Shown here: positions 16,957 to 25,093 of the stretch, piece after piece | How the letters are laid out: each line of letters starts with the position of its first letter | Numbering within the stretch: the stretch's first letter is position 1 | IMG/VR virus record: IMGVR_UViG_3300022188_000015 | Coordinates: 1-52,841 of that record | Length of the DNA stretch: 52,841 nt | Strand: one strand, 5' to 3' | DNA from: a virus | Taxonomy: Duplodnaviria > Caudoviricetes | Made by a program: the position numbers and the translations under genes | The notes under the pieces: generated by a model | Told to the model about the DNA's origin: nothing | Databases searched by the model: none | What the model saw: the letters and a program-made list of their open reading frames with translations, nothing else

Positions 16957-17243
16957 TCCTCGTCTCTATCCCGGATGTTCCATCCTTCACGCCTCAGCTC
17001 TGCTTCGCTCCAATTACGATGCTCTTTCACCAAATACCGCTCTGGTCCACGCTCACCAGGCCTTTCCCATACTTCGTATGGCACATCCCTTTTTTTAAAG
17101 AATTCCGCCCAGTTCTCAATTATCCAGTATTGTGATCGAGGGCAGCCCCTCACATATTCAGCCGTTTTCTTGTCTTTAAGTGATCCATATTTTTCGATCA
17201 ACCTCATGTCAAAAAACCTCCCTAATTTTTTGTTGTTTGCCAT
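16947..17243 (-). CDS. Hypothetical protein sharing a peptide motif with the Tas C-terminus
   Basis: 98 aa; contains WAEFFKKRDVPYEVW; its stop codon lies in the first array spacer. Confidence 0.6.
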   Translation of the reverse strand: MANNKKLGRFFDMRLIEKYGSLKDKKTAEYVRGCPRSQYWIIENWAEFFKKRDVPYEVWERPGERGPERYLVKEHRNWSEAELRREGWNIRDRDEEAN

Positions 17244-17298
17244 GCTCTGCCTAGCTAAGCCCCGCCTCGCCCTGCCTAGCCAAGCCGAGCCACGCCAT
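17239..17298 (-). repeat. Pentamer-periodic tract (NN-GGC)x12
   Basis: Minus strand: ATGGC GTGGC TCGGC TTGGC TAGGC AGGGC GAGGC GGGGC TTAGC TAGGC AGAGC ATGGC. Confidence 0.85.
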
Positions 17299-17312
17299 TT
17301 ACTAAAATCTTC

Positions 17313-17762
17313 TTACCTCCTTTCGGTTAGAGATACTTCATAAGCTTTTTTACCATGCCTTTCTAAATGATGTTTTCTGCACAACCAAGTCACTTTTAAT
17401 GGCTTATTATAATCTTCATGATGAGCCTCAACAAATGGGCTGCCACAAATTTCACAAACGCCCCTCTTTAATTTCCCATCTCTTATTGCGTTATTCGTGA
17501 TAATATGTGCTCTATATTTCTCTACATTCTTTTTTCTTCTTCTCCTTTGGTATTCAATAGCTTTCTGCCTTCTTTCTAGCTTCCTAGAGCGTTCCCTTTC
17601 ATATCCTGCATAATATGCTCGTCTTTTTTGGTAATTTTGTTTTACATCCTGTTTCGTACATTCCTTGCATTTATTGAGATGTCCATCCCCCATCTTTGGA
17701 TGCTTATAAAATTCTGTAATAGGTTTTTCTTGCCCGCATTTAAAACAAACCTTTATCTTCAT
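17313..17762 (-). CDS. HNH-family endonuclease-like protein with an N-terminal Zn finger
   Basis: CFKC...CKEC, then CEICG...EAHHEDYNKPL.V.WLCRKHH. Confidence 0.75.
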   Translation of the reverse strand: MKIKVCFKCGQEKPITEFYKHPKMGDGHLNKCKECTKQDVKQNYQKRRAYYAGYERERSRKLERRQKAIEYQRRRRKKNVEKYRAHIITNNAIRDGKLKRGVCEICGSPFVEAHHEDYNKPLKVTWLCRKHHLERHGKKAYEVSLTERR

Positions 17763-17780
17763 TTCTATCTAACCCTCCGA

Positions 17781-18167
17781 TCAAAAAGGTATTTCCGAGT
17801 CATCGTCATATTCATCACCTCCTTCAGCAGCGGTCGGCTGCTCTTGCTTTCGCTGATACACTGGCTTGCTCACCTGATACGCTGTGAGTTCCCAACTTTC
17901 CCGTCCTTGACCTTCCTTGTCCGTCCACTTACGCGATCGGTACGGCCCCTCAACCTGGATAGCATCGCCTTTTTTGAAATTATCCGCCACCGCTTCTGCC
18001 AGATCACCCCATACCACCACTCTGTGCCACTGTGTCTGTCGGTTCTCTTTTTTGCCGTATGCCTCGGCAAGGGAAAACGTACAAACCGCTGTGCCGTTTG
18101 GGGTGTAGCGCAAATTAGGGTCTTGACCGAGGTGGCCGGATAGTATGCAGTTATTTTTATTGGGCAT
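17781..18167 (-). CDS. ssb: Single-stranded DNA-binding protein
   Basis: NNCILSGHLGQDPNLRYTPNGTAV, TQWHRVVVWG, acidic tail ending EIPF. Confidence 0.95.
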   Translation of the reverse strand: MPNKNNCILSGHLGQDPNLRYTPNGTAVCTFSLAEAYGKKENRQTQWHRVVVWGDLAEAVADNFKKGDAIQVEGPYRSRKWTDKEGQGRESWELTAYQVSKPVYQRKQEQPTAAEGGDEYDDDSEIPF

Positions 18168-18178
18168 TATTTACCTCC

Positions 18179-18760
18179 CTAAAACGGAATTTCACTTTCA
18201 TCTATGAGTCCCCATTCCTTTCTCACTTGTCCGGCAATCTTTTCTTTCGCCACAATAGCTTGTAGATCCCTAAATCGCTGTGCTATCTGTTCATCAGTGA
18301 GACCCGTATAACATTGTCTACATTGCCATCGGCCGGCTTCGTAGATACATAGCGCTATTTTTCCGCATTTTTGGCATCGAATATTCGGCTCAATCCTAGG
18401 TGAGCGTTCTATTTCCATCAGGTCCGGCTTGATTTTCGGTCTCGGGATCGACAAAGGCATCTTGGCTCTACAGTATTTGCATTCCCCGTCAATCAGTAGG
18501 CTTACATGAGCACCGCATTTAGGGCAGGTAAACCGGTCTCGTAAATTGGTTACGTCCAGGAATTTTTTGAGATCCGCCGGTTTCGGGAAATACTCCAGCT
18601 CGTCTATAGCTTTATAACCTGCTTTGCGCACTTCATCGTCACTATATTTGCGTAATGCTTGATAATACGCCTCTGTCATCACTGCTGAATCAGTGTTCTT
18701 TCTAGGCCAGATGCTCAGAAAAAGCTCAATCATGCTTTTAATAATCTTCTTGCTCGCCAT
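18179..18760 (-). CDS. Replication accessory protein (helicase loader/inhibitor-like N-terminus plus Zn ribbons)
   Basis: EAYYQALRKY...YFPKPADL, CxxC pairs; directly downstream of the initiator. Confidence 0.55.
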   Translation of the reverse strand: MASKKIIKSMIELFLSIWPRKNTDSAVMTEAYYQALRKYSDDEVRKAGYKAIDELEYFPKPADLKKFLDVTNLRDRFTCPKCGAHVSLLIDGECKYCRAKMPLSIPRPKIKPDLMEIERSPRIEPNIRCQKCGKIALCIYEAGRWQCRQCYTGLTDEQIAQRFRDLQAIVAKEKIAGQVRKEWGLIDESEIPF

Positions 18761-19526
18761 CTTCTTCAACCTCCGGAAAAAGGAATATGTTTTTTTTGAC
18801 ATCGTTTTGAGGGATCTCAATCTCGTCTTCCCACCTACCTTGATTTAACCAAGTAGTTGGATGAGGAATAAACCGCCCATTTTCCCGTGTCCACGCCTCT
18901 GAACGTTTTTGTTTCTCAATAATTTGGATTAACTCATCTAAGGGAGGCAATTCTTTCTTTACTCTTTTCCAGCTACGAAAAGCTGCTTTTTTAGCCTTTT
19001 TAACAGGATAAGCATTCCAAAACTTCTCAAAATCTTGCGGGTAAGTGGAAGATTTTTTGTTACCATTTTGGGTAACAGGCGCACATATATTACTGTCTTT
19101 TGTATTATTGTCTTTTGTATTATTGTCTTTTGTGGGTACCTTTTTTGGTAACAACGCTTTACCATTTTTGGTAACACTCGTTACCATTTTTGGTAATGTT
19201 ACCTTTTTTGGTAATACCTTCCAAGACTCAAAATCCTTATTGATTTCGTATACATGCGGCCCTTTGTTACCATTTTTGGTAATACGTATTACCTTTTTTG
19301 ATAACAACTCATTGAGCGCTCGAACAACATGTGGTTTAACAATTCCAGTCATTTCAACAAATTGGCTAAGAGAGATTGCATCAGCTTTCTTGTTATAGCC
19401 ATATGTTTTGCGGATTATAACATCAAGACACTGCCTCTGTTCGCCAGGTAAACGATACCTGATTAGAGCATCAAAAAGCTTATTTGCTATTTTTACATAA
19501 CCATTTTCAATTTGAGGCGAGGCCAT
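18738..19526 (-). CDS. Replication initiator, lambda O-like
   Basis: ENGYVKIAN...IIRKTYGYNKKADAISLSQF N-domain; FEKFWNAYP...FIPHPTTWLNQGRWEDE C-domain; internal iterons. Confidence 0.9.
   Translation of the reverse strand: MASPQIENGYVKIANKLFDALIRYRLPGEQRQCLDVIIRKTYGYNKKADAISLSQFVEMTGIVKPHVVRALNELLSKKVIRITKNGNKGPHVYEINKDFESWKVLPKKVTLPKMVTSVTKNGKALLPKKVPTKDNNTKDNNTKDSNICAPVTQNGNKKSSTYPQDFEKFWNAYPVKKAKKAAFRSWKRVKKELPPLDELIQIIEKQKRSEAWTRENGRFIPHPTTWLNQGRWEDEIEIPQNDVKKNIFLFPEVEEDGEQEDY
19059..19305. repeat. Replication origin: seven 18-bp palindromic iterons (GTTACC-N6-GGTAAY) plus an AT-rich repeat
   Basis: Copies at 19059, 19135, 19158, 19180, 19198, 19266, 19288; TATTATTGTCTTTTG repeats at about 19087-19132. 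Confidence 0.85.
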
Positions 19527-19581
19527 TCTTGTCACGCACTTGTTTAAGAGTTAACTTTTGCATTGGGCAGCATCCTAGAAA

Positions 19582-19716
19582 GAAAAACCCCAGAGCGGCC
19601 TAATCGCCACGGAGTAAGGTGGGATTCTAGTCACGGCTTGTTATAGCCTACTAGATCTCTGGGGTTTAGCTTTTAGGCGGTTTATCAAATTCCGACCTCC
19701 GCAACAATTAGGCTGC
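19582..19716 (-). promoter_or_regulatory. Structured leader / attenuator upstream of the initiator
   Basis: AAACCCCAGAG/CTCTGGGGTTT stem with T-run, interleaved with a GCAGCCTAATTGTTGCGGAG/CTCCGTGGCGATTAGGCCGC pairing. Confidence 0.5.
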
Positions 19717-19726
19717 TTTCACTATA

Positions 19727-20434
19727 TCATTTTTCCTCATTTTTGTCAACCCCAACAATGCCGTCCGCCTCAAGCCCCTCCACTATGTAGGCAAGGGCCT
19801 GCATGTCGGGGCTTCTAAAGGATCGCCTAGCTGCCTTTTCTAGCCTTTCTCTGAGCTGTAGCTTTTCGCAAATAGCTTTATCGAATACAAGCTTTACCTT
19901 GCCATTCCTGCGCCTACGTGCAGGTTTTTTGATTGCGCCACCACTTTCCCTTTGCTGGTAGCTTTTCGCCACACGCTTGCCCAGGCACTCAGGGCAGCAA
20001 TTTCTTACCGTTATAGCGCCTCTGACGTACGGCTCGAATTCTTTTCCGCAATCCTGGCATATACTTACTTCTTTTTTCTCATTCATTTCTCTAATTTTCC
20101 TTCCTATCTCTTTGTTTTTATTATAATACCATTGGGCATAATGGCGCTTGCACATACCCTTGACCTTGGCTGCTTCATTGCAGCCGTCCACCTTGCAGAC
20201 GCCTAGCGGCTTGCTAGGCTTAGTTCCCTGCAGGCTTGCTATCTTCGCTTGCCACTCAGTGCAATTTTCGCACTCTCGTGGCATGACAGGGACCGAGACA
20301 GATAGGTTTAGCGTTTCGTCAAACCTTGGCCGTTTCCGCAACGCCTCGCATTGTTGTGGTGATACTCGGCCAAGGGCACACTGGAAGGTATTGGCTTCGA
20401 GCCATTGGTCAGCCTGTTCTTTCTTCATTTGCAC
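19727..20434 (-). CDS. Multi-Zn-finger regulatory-like protein
   Basis: Several Cys clusters (CKVDGC...GMCKRHY, CQDC...CPEC) and a C-terminal RHH-like RSPDMQALAYI segment. Confidence 0.6.
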   Translation of the reverse strand: MQMKKEQADQWLEANTFQCALGRVSPQQCEALRKRPRFDETLNLSVSVPVMPRECENCTEWQAKIASLQGTKPSKPLGVCKVDGCNEAAKVKGMCKRHYAQWYYNKNKEIGRKIREMNEKKEVSICQDCGKEFEPYVRGAITVRNCCPECLGKRVAKSYQQRESGGAIKKPARRRRNGKVKLVFDKAICEKLQLRERLEKAARRSFRSPDMQALAYIVEGLEADGIVGVDKNEEK

Positions 20435-20436
20435 TC

Positions 20437-20631
20437 CTAAACCAAAAGATCTTTAGGGTCCAGATCAAGGGCCTTGGCAATAAGATTAACCGTCTTCAAG
20501 CTCACTCTATCAGCCCGCTTGTAATAAGCGTAGATCGCCGTGCGTGGCTTGTTCATGGCTTTTGCCAAGTCCTCTTTTGTCCAACCCAACCTCTTTAACT
20601 CTTTTTCGATTTTTGCCTTATTCAACTTCAT
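20437..20631 (-). CDS. Cro/XRE-family HTH regulator (leaderless)
   Basis: GWTKEDLAKAMNKPRTAIY...SLKTVNLIAKALDLDPKDLL. Confidence 0.85.
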   Translation of the reverse strand: MKLNKAKIEKELKRLGWTKEDLAKAMNKPRTAIYAYYKRADRVSLKTVNLIAKALDLDPKDLLV

Positions 20632-20638
20632 GGGGCGC

Positions 20639-20667
20639 ATTATACTTACTTTTCGCTTGTCCGTCAA
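20639..20667 (-). promoter_or_regulatory. Sigma70 promoter of the replication operon
   Basis: Minus strand TTGACG-17-TATAAT, 7 nt before ATG 20631. Confidence 0.8.
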
Positions 20668-20743
20668 GCAAATTCGACTATCAGCTAAGTTATTGATATT
20701 CTTAGTATGAGCAAAAAAGTGACAAGCCCGTGTCTTTTTTTAG

Positions 20744-20772
20744 TTGACACCGCTCCGCCCTTATGCTATGCT
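20744..20772 (+). promoter_or_regulatory. Divergent sigma70 promoter of the early operon
   Basis: TTGACA-17-TATGCT with an extended -10 TG. Confidence 0.75.
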
Positions 20773-20978
20773 CCCCCCAAACTCTGGCCCATGCGTGATC
20801 GGGTGCCGGTTCAAAAAAGACGGTATGGGAATGACAGGCAGGACACGGTGGGCCGGATGGCAAGTTTTAGGTTCTTAGAAGGGAGGTGATACCCGTTCCA
20901 AATCGTTCAGATTGGAAATATGAGTTGTTTTGGGTGGTTGGTTGGGTGATGCGGAGGGATGGAAAAGGTCTTTGAAAT

Positions 20979-21104
20979 TGCTGGCAGCGGACTGGTGGGA
21001 TGGCACCGACAGTCATAGGGAACAAACCTTCCATGGCCGGAAACTCGGAAATGAGTAGCCGGCTATCATCAAACGGTAGCGGGTTCGATTCCCGCCTGCC
21101 AGCA
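20979..21104 (+). ncRNA. tRNA-like structured RNA (non-canonical)
   Basis: TGCTGGCAG/CTGCCAGCA closing stem, perfect T-arm GCGGG-TTCGATT-CCCGC, three internal hairpins, no canonical anticodon arm. Confidence 0.6.
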
Positions 21105-21254
21105 CACAGCCTGCGTTGCGGGCTTTGAATCTCAAGAGAAAGGAGGATCCATGGGAGGCAATTTCGTGGTGGCAGGATAACCGGCTATATAGACGGTGTG
21201 GCCCCGAGCCCTTCTTGGATAAACTCGGGGCGATAAAAAGATAAGGAGGTAATA

Positions 21255-21359
21255 ATGTTACGTTGCCCAGCTTGCGGTTATTGGGATTTTGATGGGACTC
21301 AGTGTTGGGCTTGTGGTTATCGTGTATCAAATCCATGGCCTTGGTTTCTTATATGGTAA
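21255..21359 (+). CDS. 34-aa zinc-ribbon microprotein (absent from the ORF track)
   Basis: AAGGAGG RBS; MLRCPACGYWDFDGTQCWACGYRVSNPWPWFLIW. Confidence 0.6.
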   Translation: MLRCPACGYWDFDGTQCWACGYRVSNPWPWFLIW

Positions 21360-21425
21360 AAAATAGACGCCCTAGCCCGTGGCTGCTTTAGGCGAAAACG
21401 GGGCATATAAAAAAGGGATATTTAC

Positions 21426-21791
21426 ATGGCTAAAGAAAAAGAAAAAAGTAATGTAATAATGGCACAAGACGTAACAAATTTTAAACTAGAGTTATTTCAG
21501 AGGCTAGAAAAGTCTTTGACCCCAAAAGACTGGTTTGATGCTGTGGTATACGGTAAAGAACCCACTTTGACCACCATCGTGGTGTCTGTAATAATTCCAC
21601 AGCAGGTGTTATACATAATTCAGAAATGTAGAGTTGATATACCAGACGATGTTACGGTTTTAGGTGTGGGTACTCTATTTTCGGAGTTTGTAGCTATGGG
21701 CTACAATCAAGCTGTCCATAACCCAGATTTTGAGACGTTTTTACGTCAGCAATGGGAACATGCGCAAGGGACTTTTAAATCTTTACATTAA
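21426..21791 (+). CDS. Hypothetical protein
   Basis: 121 aa ORF in the plus-strand early operon. Confidence 0.6.
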   Translation: MAKEKEKSNVIMAQDVTNFKLELFQRLEKSLTPKDWFDAVVYGKEPTLTTIVVSVIIPQQVLYIIQKCRVDIPDDVTVLGVGTLFSEFVAMGYNQAVHNPDFETFLRQQWEHAQGTFKSLH

Positions 21792-21819
21792 GGTGCTTAT
21801 TGGGTTAAAGGAGATAGTT

Positions 21820-21993
21820 ATGCGACCCGACAAGATAATCGACAACGCCCCGCCCTATCTCTACCAGATCGAACACCACAAGCCCAAGCCGAAATGGGCA
21901 TGGCGAGCCTTCTGGTGGGGATTTTGGTGGGGAGTAATTTTTGCGCTTCCCTTTGGTTACATTTGGGCATGGGGAGCAGGGAGAGGCATATGA
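21820..21993 (+). CDS. Small membrane protein
   Basis: AGGAG RBS, MRPDKII..., Trp-rich TM segment. Confidence 0.55.
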   Translation: MRPDKIIDNAPPYLYQIEHHKPKPKWAWRAFWWGFWWGVIFALPFGYIWAWGAGRGI

Positions 21994-22403
21994 AACCAGT
22001 TGATCAAACTAAATTCGGGTTTGAGGATGGAAATTGTGGGGCTGCTTGTATAGCAAGTATTTTGGAAATCCCACTAGAAAGTATTCCAAACTTTCATGGA
22101 GAAGACCCTTCTGATCCTAAATTATATTGGAAAAATGTGAGAAAATGGTGCGCAGATAAACCTTTCATACTTATAAGCATCTCAATATCTGAAGGTTATG
22201 ACCCAAAAGAATTTCTAAAAGATTGTTGGGTAATTGCATCAGGTCCTTCACCTAGAGGAACAAAAGAATGGCATCGCCACGCTGTGGTCTGGCGAAATGG
22301 CGAGATTGTTCATGACCCTCACCCTTCTAGGGAAGGATTGAAAGAAATAGATATGTATGATCTGTTTATCATAAAAGATCCTAGTTTAGTAGGGAGGTTC
22401 TAA
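21990..22403 (+). CDS. Papain-like / C39-type fold hypothetical protein
   Basis: MKPVDQTKF..GNCGAACIASILE...HAVVW...VHDPHPS (Cys-His-Asp pattern). Confidence 0.55.
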   Translation: MKPVDQTKFGFEDGNCGAACIASILEIPLESIPNFHGEDPSDPKLYWKNVRKWCADKPFILISISISEGYDPKEFLKDCWVIASGPSPRGTKEWHRHAVVWRNGEIVHDPHPSREGLKEIDMYDLFIIKDPSLVGRF

Positions 22404-22404
22404 C

Positions 22405-22635
22405 ATGCTACACGATAGCGATTTCAACATGCGTAAGCAGTTTTACGAGGCAAGCAAAAAGAGTGCGCAACTTCGTGACCTCGGCTATGCCAACGGCTGG
22501 GCAGACACGCCTGATATAGTCAAGGCGTGCCGAGCAAAAGGGCATGTTCCTGAAAAAATAAACAAGGGAAGATGCTTAAACGAATACAGGTGCTTGGATT
22601 GCGGGTATAAATACCTTGTGGATTCGAGCGGGTAG
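22405..22635 (+). CDS. Small Zn-binding hypothetical protein
   Basis: LGYANGW...C...H...C...CLDCGYKYLVDSSG. Confidence 0.6.
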   Translation: MLHDSDFNMRKQFYEASKKSAQLRDLGYANGWADTPDIVKACRAKGHVPEKINKGRCLNEYRCLDCGYKYLVDSSG

Positions 22636-22652
22636 GAAGCGAGGGGATTAAA

Positions 22653-23465
22653 ATGGTAGAAGCTATTCACCAAAGCACTTTGAATATGGCTCTTCGTTGC
22701 GGGGAGCAGTTCCGTAGGCGCTACATTGAAGGCGAAATTATCCCGCCTTCCATTGCTGCGGGGCGTGGAACTGCCGTTCACAAAGCAAACGAAGTCAACC
22801 TTAAACATAAAGTGGTCAAACAAGAGGATCTGCCCCTTGAAGACCTTCAGGATGCTGCGAGGGACGCTTACGTCCACACCTTTAGTAATGGTGTTTATAT
22901 CCCAAAAAAAGATTTACCAGCAAAAAATAGGTTGCTCAATGATGGTTTGAATGATGCTATCCGATGCACCAAGGTCTATCGGAGAGAAGTGGCTCCGCAT
23001 ATAAAACCTATTTCAATTGAACAACCTTTTCAAATTGACGTAGGACTTGAATTGCCTTTAGCCGGAAGGATGGATTACCAAGAAGAGCCAGTGGTAGGTG
23101 ATCTTAAAACAGCAAGTATGAAGTGGCAAAAAGACAGAATCAATAGAGAGATCCAGCCTGCTTTTTATTCTTTTGTGCATGAACAAGAGCGGGGTATTAG
23201 GCCGTTATTTCGCTACCATGTATTAATAGCTAGACGGAACAAAGAGGGGCAGCCTACAAGCGAAGAATACCAACCATTGGAATATACGCCTTCGGAAAAA
23301 GATTATAAGGCGCTTTTCGCTAAGCTTCAGCTTTTTATCCAGATGCTGAAGTCTGGTGTTTTCCCACCGGCTAACCCTACCGCTTGGTGGTGTAGCGAGC
23401 GATTTTGCGGTTACTGGTATACGTGTCCTTATGTTGGAAATAATTTGCCTAAAAAATGGTTTTAA
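22653..23465 (+). CDS. PD-(D/E)XK exonuclease (RecB/Cas4-like recombination nuclease)
   Basis: C..QF..RY, GTAVH, E...GRMD...DLKT, QPAFY, C-terminal CSERFCGYWYTC. Confidence 0.85.
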   Translation: MVEAIHQSTLNMALRCGEQFRRRYIEGEIIPPSIAAGRGTAVHKANEVNLKHKVVKQEDLPLEDLQDAARDAYVHTFSNGVYIPKKDLPAKNRLLNDGLNDAIRCTKVYRREVAPHIKPISIEQPFQIDVGLELPLAGRMDYQEEPVVGDLKTASMKWQKDRINREIQPAFYSFVHEQERGIRPLFRYHVLIARRNKEGQPTSEEYQPLEYTPSEKDYKALFAKLQLFIQMLKSGVFPPANPTAWWCSERFCGYWYTCPYVGNNLPKKWF

Positions 23466-23477
23466 AGGAGGAAACCC

Positions 23478-24776
23478 ATGGAAGAAAAGAAAACATTAGA
23501 GCCTGAAATCCTAGACGGAATCAAACCTTTTTCCGGTTTACCTGATGAAATGTCGGCAGGAGAAAAAATGTTGATCGAAGGGAAATCCCTTCAAAAAATC
23601 CAAACTACCTATACTACAGCTATTGCAGTCCAAAAGCCCAGATCAATTGCTCGAGTAGCCCATAATGTTCTTGAAGAAGCAAAGCTAGCAGGCGCTAGCT
23701 TTTATTACGGATGGACCGCAAAGACCAAAAATGGCCCTGTACGGATAGAAGGGCCGAGCATTGATCTAGCTATGTGTCTTGCTAGACATTATGGAAATTG
23801 TGCTATTGACATAGAGGGTACGGAAACACCTACTCATTTTATGTTGAAGGGTATTTTTATTGACTTGGAAAGCGGTTTTACTTGCCCTCGACTGTTCCGC
23901 CAGAGAAAAACCCAAAGCCTTGGCGGGAAGATGGAAAAAGACGCTGATAGGCAAGAAGACATTGTATTCCAAATCGGCCAATCAAAAGCAATTAGAAACG
24001 CGATTATTAGAGCGATGCCTGCATGGTTGATTGAGCAAGCTATTGAGATGGCTAAACAAGCAGAGCTAGGAAAAATCAAACCTGAAAACATTCATCTGGC
24101 ACGCACTAGGGTTTTAAATTTCTTCGCCCCTTACGGTATAACACCTGAGAGAATAGAGGCGAAAATGGGCCGTAAAGTAGATGACTGGACAGCACAAGAT
24201 ATTGTGGATTTACGTGGTATGGCGACAGCTTTGAAAGAAGGCCGGGTTTCGGCTGAAGAATTGTTTCCGCCAATACCCATGGAAGAGAATCAAGAGCAGC
24301 CTAAAGAAGAACCTGTAAAAGACACAAAGCAGCAAGACGAGGCCAAGCCCCAACCCCAAGAACCGTCAAAAGACGCTGAGATCGACCCCTTCCGCAAGGA
24401 ATACATCAACCTGCGCTCAAGCGGATTCTCAACATGGGCATACAAAAACCTAGAGCGAATTAAACAAGCAGACCCTGAGCATCAGGAAGAAATCAGGGCA
24501 AAGTGGGAAAAGCTGTATAAAGACGTTAAGTTCCCGCTTGATCCCGAGCCAAACGGTGAAACAAACGAAGAGCCTGTTGAGCAGGAAGAAACACCGCAAC
24601 AAAATGGTAATAATAGTGGCGCTGCTACAGTATTCTGCCCGGTTAAGCAGTCTAGGGTGTTTCTTTCTGTCTGCGAGACCAAGTGTGACAAGAAAGAGAA
24701 TTGCGTAGCGTATCGAGAGGCCGTGATGTTGCTGGAGGCCGAAGAGGTAGAGAAAGAAGAAAATCAGGGGGTGTAA
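23478..24776 (+). CDS. Probable single-strand annealing recombinase
   Basis: Follows the exonuclease; IEGPSIDLA...YGNC, SKAIRNAIIRAMP; disordered acidic C-terminus. Confidence 0.6.
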   Translation: MEEKKTLEPEILDGIKPFSGLPDEMSAGEKMLIEGKSLQKIQTTYTTAIAVQKPRSIARVAHNVLEEAKLAGASFYYGWTAKTKNGPVRIEGPSIDLAMCLARHYGNCAIDIEGTETPTHFMLKGIFIDLESGFTCPRLFRQRKTQSLGGKMEKDADRQEDIVFQIGQSKAIRNAIIRAMPAWLIEQAIEMAKQAELGKIKPENIHLARTRVLNFFAPYGITPERIEAKMGRKVDDWTAQDIVDLRGMATALKEGRVSAEELFPPIPMEENQEQPKEEPVKDTKQQDEAKPQPQEPSKDAEIDPFRKEYINLRSSGFSTWAYKNLERIKQADPEHQEEIRAKWEKLYKDVKFPLDPEPNGETNEEPVEQEETPQQNGNNSGAATVFCPVKQSRVFLSVCETKCDKKENCVAYREAVMLLEAEEVEKEENQGV

Positions 24777-24778
24777 AA

Positions 24779-25093
24779 ATGAACCTATTAATTGGCATAT
24801 TGATAGCGATTTGGTTAGTTGCTTTCTACTTAGGGGTGAGAAATGAGGTGGCATTTCGGATAACTGGGCGAGCGCTTGATATGGCTTCTACCTTGGCAAG
24901 ACATGCTATGACGCAAGACGATCCTGATTGGGATCGCTATTATCGTATGTATGGCAAAAAATCCTATAATCAAATTGTGCTCAGCTTTTGCTGGACGGTA
25001 AAAAAGGCGTATCCCGAACTGTACCGAGAATATAAAGCGCTTTTAGAGAATACAAAAGCGGAGGATAAAGGAAATGAAATCCCCAAGAAATAA
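24779..25093 (+). CDS. Membrane-anchored hypothetical protein
   Basis: MNLLIGILIAIWLVAFYLG N-terminal TM. Confidence 0.55.
   Translation: MNLLIGILIAIWLVAFYLGVRNEVAFRITGRALDMASTLARHAMTQDDPDWDRYYRMYGKKSYNQIVLSFCWTVKKAYPELYREYKALLENTKAEDKGNEIPKK

Noticed and set aside
15459-17098. Short ORFs crossing the arrays (15459-15722, 15818-16018, 15852-16052, 16568-17098, 16693-16950)
   Set aside because: Open frames arise from the 36-nt periodicity; no RBS or protein-like composition
20979-21104. Canonical tRNA or tRNA-Sec, or an attP site
   Set aside because: No proper D-arm or 7-nt anticodon loop, too long, and no integrase in the genome
22653-23465. Cas4 as a spacer-acquisition gene for the arrays
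   Set aside because: It is paired with a recombinase in a different operon, the usual phage exonuclease/annealase arrangement; nothing links it to the arrays
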